This document shows positions 28,506 through 34,948 of a stretch of DNA of 51,253 nt, in pieces; the stretch's first letter is position 1, and every line of letters starts with the position of its first letter. Source of the DNA: Parcubacteria bacterium RAAC4_OD1_1 (GTDB taxonomy: Bacteria; Patescibacteriota; Minisyncoccia; Phycocordibacterales; UBA9973). The stretch covers positions 262,567 to 313,819 of the forward strand of contig AWSN01000001.1 in assembly GCA_000505065.1 (NCBI GenBank), given 5' to 3'. The notes below the pieces were generated by a model. It was not told the DNA's origin and ran no database searches. It saw nothing but the letters and a program-made list of their open reading frames with translations. A program made the translations under genes and the position numbers.

Positions 28506-29528
28506 ATGAAATTAGTATCTTTATTTACAGGTGCAGGAGGTTTAGACTTAGGCTTTGAAAGAGCTGGTTTTGATATTATATGGGCAAATGAATTTGATAA
28601 AGTTATATGGGAGACATTTGAAAAAAACTTTCCTAAAACAAAGTTAGACAAGAGAAGTATTGTTGATATTCCAACTCCTGAAATTCCTTTTGCTGACGGA
28701 GTTATTGGAGGTCCTCCTTGTCAGAGCTGGAGTGAAGCTGGAGCTGGACGTGGAATAAATGATAAAAGAGGTCAATTGTTTTTTGAATATATAAGATTTT
28801 TAAAAGATAAACAACCTGCTTTCTTTTTAGCTGAAAATGTCTCAGGTATTTTATCTGCTCGTCACAGTGAAGCATTTAATGAAATTATTAAGCAATTTGA
28901 AGATGCTGGCTATAATGTCTCACGTAAACTTCTCAATGCTAATGATTATGGAGTTCCAGAAGACAGATTGCGTATAATTATTGTTGGCTATCATAAAAAG
29001 AAAGTTGGTTTTTCTTTTGAATTTCCTGAACCATTACCACATAAACCGACCCTTAGAGAAGCTATCTTTGATTTGAGGTTAGCTAAGCCAGCAAAACCAT
29101 TTAATAAAACTAATGGTAGTGATTTAAAAATACCTAATCACGAATATTTAACTGGTGGATTTTCTACAATGTATATGTCTCGTAATCGTGTTCGTTCTTG
29201 GGATGAACCATCTTTTACTATACAAGCTGGAGGTCGTCATGCTCCTATTCATCCACAGGCTCCAAAGATGAAATTTGTAGAACAGAATAAAAGAATATTT
29301 GTTCCAGGTAAGGAAAATTTATATAGAAGATTATCTGTTAGAGAATGTGCTAGGATACAAACTTTTCCTGATGACTTTATTTTCTATTATAAAGATGTGG
29401 CAGATGGGTATAAAATGATAGGCAATGCAGTTCCAGTTGAATTTGCTTTTAATATAGCTAAAAAAATATACTCTGACCTATCTAAAATAAAATCGGTTTC
29501 TAATAGTAAAAAAGTTGTTAAAAAATAA
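28506..29528 (+). CDS. DNA (cytosine-5)-methyltransferase, M.HaeIII-like (probable GGCC specificity)
   Basis: Motif I LFTGAGGLDLGF, motif IV GGPPCQSWS, ENV (FLAENV), motif X YKMIGNAVPV. The variable region (PNHEY...FSTMYMSRNRVRSWDEPSFTIQA) closely matches my memory of M.HaeIII. Confidence 0.93.
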   Translation: MKLVSLFTGAGGLDLGFERAGFDIIWANEFDKVIWETFEKNFPKTKLDKRSIVDIPTPEIPFADGVIGGPPCQSWSEAGAGRGINDKRGQLFFEYIRFLKDKQPAFFLAENVSGILSARHSEAFNEIIKQFEDAGYNVSRKLLNANDYGVPEDRLRIIIVGYHKKKVGFSFEFPEPLPHKPTLREAIFDLRLAKPAKPFNKTNGSDLKIPNHEYLTGGFSTMYMSRNRVRSWDEPSFTIQAGGRHAPIHPQAPKMKFVEQNKRIFVPGKENLYRRLSVRECARIQTFPDDFIFYYKDVADGYKMIGNAVPVEFAFNIAKKIYSDLSKIKSVSNSKKVVKK

Positions 29529-29532
29529 ATAG

Positions 29533-29905
29533 TAAAATGCAACACATTTATGTTGCAAATACAGCATAATGAACTCTGGTGTTTTACCTGCTAACTCTGG
29601 GCTTTTGAATACGGTCATTTTAACCGTAAATACGGTCTCAGAATAACCGTGTTTATCGGTTTAATAAATGAGAGAAATAATAGTGGAAAGCTATTAAATA
29701 ATAGCTACTTGAATAAAGGGAGTTTGCCTATAAATAAAGGATCTTGAATAATGGTGAAAAACTATCAGTTGATGGGTCTGTGAATAATGCTGATTCCACA
29801 CTAAATAGTGTTAAATTCTGAATCCCAAAATGCAGGTGTTTTACCAGTAAATACAGGTGAAATGAATACTAGGTTTTAGCTAGAAAATTCTAGTGAATTA
29901 TTTGC
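29533..29905. repeat. Tandem array of about 10 units, period about 35-36 nt, with two short conserved motifs and two variable segments per unit
   Basis: tGAATAa-type motif at 29607, 29641, 29674, 29711, 29746, 29782, 29820, 29864 and 29895. tAAATAa-type motif at 29557, 29628, 29663, 29696, 29732, 29803, 29849 and 29885. No ORF; fills the whole intergenic gap. Confidence 0.8.
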
Positions 29906-30399
29906 TAGTTATATGAGTCTATTATACCGTCATTATTGGTATCATAATAACAGCTCGGAGTATTGTCATGCCAGCAGTATTGATACTTAATTCCATTACC
30001 ATAATTAGATGGGTTTGCAGAATCAGGTTTACCATTTAAATAAATAAGCATTTCATATGTCATACCTATCCATATTCTTTCATCAACCAATCTATCACAA
30101 TCTTCTTTTTTCCATGTAGGATGTTTCTCGCATAATTTTCCAGCAGGAGTAATTTTCCATTTTGCTAATTCCTCAGGAGAGATCGTTTTAGCTGGTGGTT
30201 GAGTTGTAGTAGTTGTAGTTTTATCACTACTGAAAAGACCAGAAGAAAATATCATAAATACTATTACAGCTAAAATAACAGCTACTATCTTTTTTTCTTT
30301 TGTCCAAACATACATTTTACCTTGGCAATGAGGACATCTAGTTGCCATGGCATCTATTTCTTTTTTGCAGTGGGAACATTTCTTTGTTTTTGTTTCCAT
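29905..30399 (-). CDS. Zinc-ribbon membrane protein with small extracytoplasmic domain
   Basis: CSHCKKEI...CPHCQG zinc ribbon, one TM helix (IVAVILAVIVFMIFSSGLF), a Thr-rich linker, and a C-terminal GMTYEMLIYLNGKPDS BamE/SmpA-like motif. Confidence 0.7.
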   Translation of the reverse strand: METKTKKCSHCKKEIDAMATRCPHCQGKMYVWTKEKKIVAVILAVIVFMIFSSGLFSSDKTTTTTTQPPAKTISPEELAKWKITPAGKLCEKHPTWKKEDCDRLVDERIWIGMTYEMLIYLNGKPDSANPSNYGNGIKYQYCWHDNTPSCYYDTNNDGIIDSYN

Positions 30400-30437
30400 A
30401 ATAATTTTTATTTATTTACTAGATAGGAAACAAAAAG

Positions 30438-30553
30438 CTCCCAGCCAGTATGGTGGATTTTAACCCACCTGTATCCGTTTCCAGATACAGCCCCGTAAAA
30501 GGCAAACTCTGACTAGGAGTTCTTTATCTTTTACGGGGACTTGCTTCACCATG
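30438..30553 (-). ncRNA. Candidate structured leader/ncRNA upstream of the zinc-ribbon gene
   Basis: Three adjacent perfect hairpins: 30452-30469, 30469-30490 (7 bp) and 30491-30538 (11 bp). An 11-bp pseudoknot pairs 30509-30519 with 30438-30448; it has G-U pairs only if the minus strand is read. Confidence 0.35.
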
Positions 30554-31102
30554 CCATTAATTACTTAATTGGTTTAGGCTACTCTTATTAAATTATGCCT
30601 TAATGATACCTCGTAATTAGCTTTTAATCAATAATTTTCATAAAATAAATCTCAATTTGCTAAATATTGAATTATGTTGTGTCTTGATTGGCTCATATTG
30701 TAATTTAAGAATTAGGGGTATAAAATGTCTTTTATGTAGTTTAGTCAGAACTACATAGTTCATTGAAAAAAAATACTTTTTGTAATGGAGGGATACCCGG
30801 CAAGAGTCCGTAGTCCCCAAAGTTTTTGGAGATATATTTATTAGCATCATATGAGTAAAATGCATATGAAAGTAAGAAGTTAATTTTTAATCATTAAGAA
30901 TAAATATATGCAATACTGTCAGCAGATTTGAAATAACAATCTGTGAGTTAGGGAAACTAACTCCACATGTGATTAGCCAATGCCTAAAAGTAAGTTATTA
31001 AGTAATAAGCTAGATTTTTATTTAGCTTGTTTGATAATTTACTTTTGAACATTGGCTTTTATTTTTTTCAGCCACTGTAATCAAAAGTAGCATAAAAAAA
31101 AC

Positions 31103-31318
31103 ATGCTACAGCCCAGTGAAGAAGAAAGTGTATCTAAACTCCAAAGATACATAAGGGAGAAAAACTCTAATCTCAGTAATGAGAAAATAGTTGAAATATC
31201 AAACCAATTTTATGAATTGGCTGTTTTGATAGTGCGACTACAAGTAGAGCAACATCTAAATGTGGCTAAAACACACAAGGATAGTGTTTTAGTTCCTGAA
31301 TCAAGAAAACCTCCGTAA
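31103..31318 (+). CDS. Small helical hypothetical protein (71 aa), possible recombination accessory factor
   Basis: ORF immediately upstream of the two recombinase-family genes on the same strand. No motif recognised. Confidence 0.35.
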   Translation: MLQPSEEESVSKLQRYIREKNSNLSNEKIVEISNQFYELAVLIVRLQVEQHLNVAKTHKDSVLVPESRKPP

Positions 31319-31398
31319 TTATGTTTATCTGTGCTTAGATAACAAATTTACAAAGAATTTGTCCTAGTCAGACAAATTATATAAAAAAAATTAAACTT

Positions 31399-31770
31399 AT
31401 GATTAAAAATAGAAAGAACAATGCAGTTGGTTATTGCAGGTTTCTAAAAACAGAAAAAGGAAATAACTATTCATTGGAGCAACAGAAAGAAGCTATAGAA
31501 AAATATGCTTCAGAAAAAGATTATCACTTGGTTAGAGTATTCCAAGATGCAGAAATAAGTGGCAGAGAATTTAATAGAGAGGGGCTTAAAGAAATGATGG
31601 AATTTGTTTCTTTCTGTGAAGACAGTGCTCATGTATTAATTGTGTCTGATGTATCTAGATTATTTATAAAGTTAAATAGTAAATGGTATTCATTGAAAAG
31701 ATTTTTGGATGACAATAAGGTTCGTTTAGAATCTTTAATTCATCAAATGAATAGGTATATCAAAAAATAG
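31399..31770 (+). CDS. Resolvase-domain protein lacking the catalytic serine (123 aa)
   Basis: AVGYCRFLKTEKGNNYSLEQQKEAI aligns with the neighbour's AVIYLRVSSREQITNFSLESQEKVC. The RVSS nucleophile motif is replaced by RFLK, and there is no recombinase or zinc domain. Confidence 0.65.
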   Translation: MIKNRKNNAVGYCRFLKTEKGNNYSLEQQKEAIEKYASEKDYHLVRVFQDAEISGREFNREGLKEMMEFVSFCEDSAHVLIVSDVSRLFIKLNSKWYSLKRFLDDNKVRLESLIHQMNRYIKK

Positions 31771-31872
31771 AAATTATTGTTTCTTTACAGAGAGATTTTT
31801 GAATAAAGTCTCTCTGTAATTGAGACAATCATTTTGAGATTACAGATAAAAGAGTTTAAATTAGATTCAATC

Positions 31873-33414
31873 ATGATAGGTAAAAAAATAGAAAAACCAA
31901 ATAATGCAGTAATCTATCTTAGAGTTTCTTCTCGTGAACAAATAACTAACTTCAGTTTAGAAAGTCAGGAAAAAGTATGTAGAGAATATTGTAGAAGAAA
32001 TGGCTACGAAGTTTTACAAGTTTTTAGAGAAGAGGGAGAATCCGCAAAGACTGTAAACAGAACAGAGTTACAAAAAATGATAAGGTTCTGTGAGATAAAT
32101 AAAAGACAGATTAGTAAAATCGTTTTTTATAATGTGTCTAGAATGTCTAGAGTGGCAGCTGATTATTTAATCTTAAAAAGAAATTTTAAGAAGCATGATA
32201 TATCAGTTGTTTCTGCAACGGAAGGATTTGATGAATCTCCATCTGGTAAATTACAGGAAACAATGCTTTCTGCTTTTGCTGAATTTGATAATAACCAAAG
32301 GTCAGATAAGACAAAGGAAGGTATGCAAACTCGCTTACTTAAGGGTCTATGGAGTGGTATTGCTCCTTGGGGTTATTTTAATGGTCGTGATAAAGATGAT
32401 ACTAAAATTATTATTCCACACCCAGATAAAGCTCCTATTGTAAAAATTTTATTTGAAAAGTATGCTACTGGAAAATATTCTTTTAAAGAACTAGCTAGAA
32501 TGGCTAATAAGCAAAATGTAAAAACTATGCATGGATCTAAAATGTGTAAACAGCTTGTAGCTAAGATAGTTAAAAATCATATCTATTATGGAAGAATGAT
32601 TGTGTCTAAATTAGACATTGATATTATGGGTAAGCATGAACCTATTATCACAAAGGAATTATTTGATAGAGCTAATAGCAATAGAAGTAGCTCTAGGAAA
32701 GGATTACCTCGTAGTAGAGAAAATAAAGATTACCCATTAAGAGGTATTAAATGTGGTTGTTGTGGTAAAAGTATTTCAGGTGGAAAATCTAGAAGTAAAA
32801 CTGGAAAATATTATCAGTATTATAGTTGTGTTAATAGTGAGTGTGAAAAAAGAAAAGCTATAAGGAAAGAGGCTTTAGAAAATGACTTCACTAGCTTATT
32901 AAGTGAACTCACTCCAAACAATGACTACTTAGATGTTCTTGGTGAAGCTATAAAGTTAGCTCATAAGAATGAATTAAATTATGTGATAAATGAAGAAAGA
33001 AAATTTAAAGGGATATTAACTGAATTATCTGATAAGAAAAATAAATTATTGGATCTTCGTATTGATGGAAAAATAAATGATGAAGATTTTATTTTAACCA
33101 GAGATAGAATAAATTCTAAGATAAGTGAAGCAGAAAAAGAATTAAGTATGCTGTCTTCACCAGAAATAGAAATAAATAATGTCATTGATGCTGGAATAAA
33201 ATTCATAAAAGACCTCCCAAGGAACTGGAAAGACTTAGAAGTGAAAGATATCAGAATCTTAATTGGGGTTTTATTTAAAAATTTATTAATTTATTCATAC
33301 CCCGACATTAAAACCCCTGAAGTATGCTGTATTTACAACATAAAACCTGAATTATTGAGTGATAAGACCCATTGGGTGACCCTACCGGGAATCGAACCCG
33401 GATTACCGGCTTGA
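31873..33414 (+). CDS. Large serine recombinase (integrase)
   Basis: YLRVSSREQ catalytic motif, recombinase domain, zinc ribbon CGCCGK...YYSCVNSEC, C-terminal coiled coil. The last about 13 codons (WVTLPGIEPGLPA) are antisense of tRNA-Glu. Track start is TTG 31834. Confidence 0.9.
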   Translation: MIGKKIEKPNNAVIYLRVSSREQITNFSLESQEKVCREYCRRNGYEVLQVFREEGESAKTVNRTELQKMIRFCEINKRQISKIVFYNVSRMSRVAADYLILKRNFKKHDISVVSATEGFDESPSGKLQETMLSAFAEFDNNQRSDKTKEGMQTRLLKGLWSGIAPWGYFNGRDKDDTKIIIPHPDKAPIVKILFEKYATGKYSFKELARMANKQNVKTMHGSKMCKQLVAKIVKNHIYYGRMIVSKLDIDIMGKHEPIITKELFDRANSNRSSSRKGLPRSRENKDYPLRGIKCGCCGKSISGGKSRSKTGKYYQYYSCVNSECEKRKAIRKEALENDFTSLLSELTPNNDYLDVLGEAIKLAHKNELNYVINEERKFKGILTELSDKKNKLLDLRIDGKINDEDFILTRDRINSKISEAEKELSMLSSPEIEINNVIDAGIKFIKDLPRNWKDLEVKDIRILIGVLFKNLLIYSYPDIKTPEVCCIYNIKPELLSDKTHWVTLPGIEPGLPA

Positions 33415-33448
33415 AAAGCCGATGTCCTAACCGTTAGACGATAAGGCC
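33377..33448 (-). tRNA. tRNA-Glu (anticodon UUC)
   Basis: Reverse complement GGCCTTATCGTCTAACGGTTAGGACATCGGCTTTTCAAGCCGGTAATCCGGGTTCGATTCCCGGTAGGGTCA folds as a 72-nt cloverleaf. Anticodon loop is TTTTCAA. Confidence 0.9.
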
Positions 33449-33597
33449 AATATATTTAATTTTACACAATTCACTTAATAAACCTTGCAAGCACATCGGC
33501 TTTACTTATTTTTGAAAAGCCTTGCTTATTGTCTCATAAATATCGACAATTCCTTCGGACCAGATAAAAAGTAAAGCAGTTTACTTTTTATTCCAAT

Positions 33598-33618
33598 AAC
33601 AGTTAGACGATAAAGCCC
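33598..33618 (-). repeat. Orphan copy of the 5' 20 nt of tRNA-Glu
   Basis: aacagttagacgataaagccc versus the tRNA gene's aaccgttagacgataaggcc (18/20 match). No T-arm follows. Confidence 0.6.
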
Positions 33619-33777
33619 TAAAACATTTTGTAATCAAAATGTTCGGGCGTTCAAATTAATATTTGGATTAGCCAAACTATTTAATTGAAAACAAGTAACT
33701 AAATAATTAATTACTAAAATGAGTATAACATTTTTTTATTAAAAATCAAATCTTTAAAAACTCATATAAAACAAGGA

Positions 33778-33810
33778 TTGTCGGACGTTGTCGGACGTTG
33801 GACGTCCGAC
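33778..33810. promoter_or_regulatory. Three GTCGGACG boxes (two direct, one inverted) abutting the -35 element
   Basis: ttGTCGGACG ttGTCGGACG ttgga CGTCCGAC. A GC-rich block in AT-rich DNA that ends 8 nt before the -35 element. Confidence 0.6.
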
Positions 33811-33818
33811 TGCTAACC

Positions 33819-33847
33819 TTGACTTTTTCATATAAAAGTGATATAAT
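33819..33847 (+). promoter_or_regulatory. Near-consensus sigma-70 promoter of the SPFH/His-rich operon
   Basis: TTGACT (33819-33824), 17-nt spacer, TATAAT (33842-33847). AGGAGG Shine-Dalgarno sequence at about 33892, before ATG 33905. Confidence 0.75.
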
Positions 33848-33904
33848 ATAACAGATAAATAGATTTTTGAAAAATTAATAAACAAAAAAATAGGAGGAAA
33901 AATT

Positions 33905-34945
33905 ATGTGGACAACAATTATTGTTTTATTTCTGATAACCATAGTGGCTATCACGATTAGTATTAAAAAGGTTCCTGAAAAGTACTGGCTTCAATTAAGC
34001 AAATTGGGCAAAAGACTTGAAGGAGAGTATAAAGATGAAGGATGGAGAATATTATTATTCTACCCTTTTTATATGAGTGGGACCCTACTCTCTAAAGAGA
34101 GAAAAAATCTGGAAATCGCTTGCGAAAAAGAGATGACTCCAGATAAAGTTGATTCCGACATCTCAGTACACATTACTTATGTCATTAATCCAGAATATGG
34201 TGTAAATTTTTTGAATTCTGGTGGATTTGAAGGAGTAGAAAAACAATTAACAGGAAAAGTTAAAGAACGTATTAGGGAATGGTGTATGTCTGAAGAAGAA
34301 GGTCCTGCAAATTGGAGAGAACTCCAAAAAAGCAAACTTGAAGCTGTTCATGTAATAATTAAAAAATTACTTGGGGATTCAACAGATCCAATACCAGAAT
34401 ATGCACAAGATGTCCCGACAACCATTTGGATGAGATACTTCCAAAGGCCAAGACCAACAAAACCATTAGAATACGAAGAAAAATGGTTTGAAAATGACTG
34501 GGAAATGGTAACTAATGTGTTAAGTGGTTTATCTGATGACCAAATTAATGAACTAAAAGAAAAAGTAGAGACAAGAAGAAAAGAAATTACTGATTTATCT
34601 ACTGGTTCTGGAAAAAAGTTTTCTGAAGACTTGGGTGTTATTATCCAAAGAATTAACATTGGTAGTATTAATGTTGACCCAAAAGTAGCAGAACAAGCCA
34701 CTAAAGAAGAAAGGGAGAAATTGGAAAAAGCCGGTGAGGTGATTGAAATAAGACATATCATCGAAATGGCAAAAGAAATCGCTGAAAAAACTGGAGTTTC
34801 TCCAGAACAAGCTTTTGAAATTCTCCAAACTGAACGGAATAAAGTTGTCAAAAAAATAGATGAAAAGAAAATATCTATTTCTAACGACACTAAGTCCGCC
34901 CTAGAACAGGTTAGTGAAAATATTTCCAAAATTTTTAAGTCATAA
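33905..34945 (+). CDS. SPFH/band-7 (prohibitin-like) membrane-anchored protein
   Basis: N-terminal TM helix, then an SPFH-like core (ISVHITYVINPE...) and a long charged coiled-coil tail. Confidence 0.65.
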   Translation: MWTTIIVLFLITIVAITISIKKVPEKYWLQLSKLGKRLEGEYKDEGWRILLFYPFYMSGTLLSKERKNLEIACEKEMTPDKVDSDISVHITYVINPEYGVNFLNSGGFEGVEKQLTGKVKERIREWCMSEEEGPANWRELQKSKLEAVHVIIKKLLGDSTDPIPEYAQDVPTTIWMRYFQRPRPTKPLEYEEKWFENDWEMVTNVLSGLSDDQINELKEKVETRRKEITDLSTGSGKKFSEDLGVIIQRINIGSINVDPKVAEQATKEEREKLEKAGEVIEIRHIIEMAKEIAEKTGVSPEQAFEILQTERNKVVKKIDEKKISISNDTKSALEQVSENISKIFKS

Positions 34946-34948
34946 AAA

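Larger units (their letters stand above)
25169..33448. mobile_element. Genomic island(s) integrated at the 3' end of tRNA-Glu (tandem accretion), serine-recombinase type
   Basis: The 16-nt gtgaccctaccgggaa occurs at 25169-25184 and 33376-33391 (tRNA 3' end), with a degenerate copy at 25879-25894. Recombinase genes abut the tRNA. Cargo is R-M and unknown genes. Confidence 0.75.

Noticed and set aside
29533-29905. CRISPR array interpretation of the periodic region
   Set aside because: The conserved blocks are only 5-7 nt and there are two per 35-nt unit. That is far from CRISPR repeat (over 20 nt) and spacer dimensions, and no cas genes are present.
30438-30553. Identity as RNase P RNA, SRP RNA, tmRNA or a known riboswitch (also considered for E1 at 25169-25381)
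   Set aside because: I looked for hallmark motifs: RNase P GGAAAGUCCGG, the SRP domain IV GGAA/AGCA loops, and the tmRNA tRNA-Ala-like end with a tag ORF. I found only loose resemblance (gcaagtcccc), and the size is also wrong.
30638-30865. 75-aa minus-strand ORF in the 700-nt non-coding stretch
   Set aside because: It has no ribosome-binding site and a low-complexity composition, and it overlaps stable hairpins. It is treated as non-coding.
33754-33954. 66-aa minus-strand ORF
   Set aside because: It is antisense to the consensus promoter, the Shine-Dalgarno sequence and the start of the SPFH gene, and it runs through the GTCGGACG boxes.
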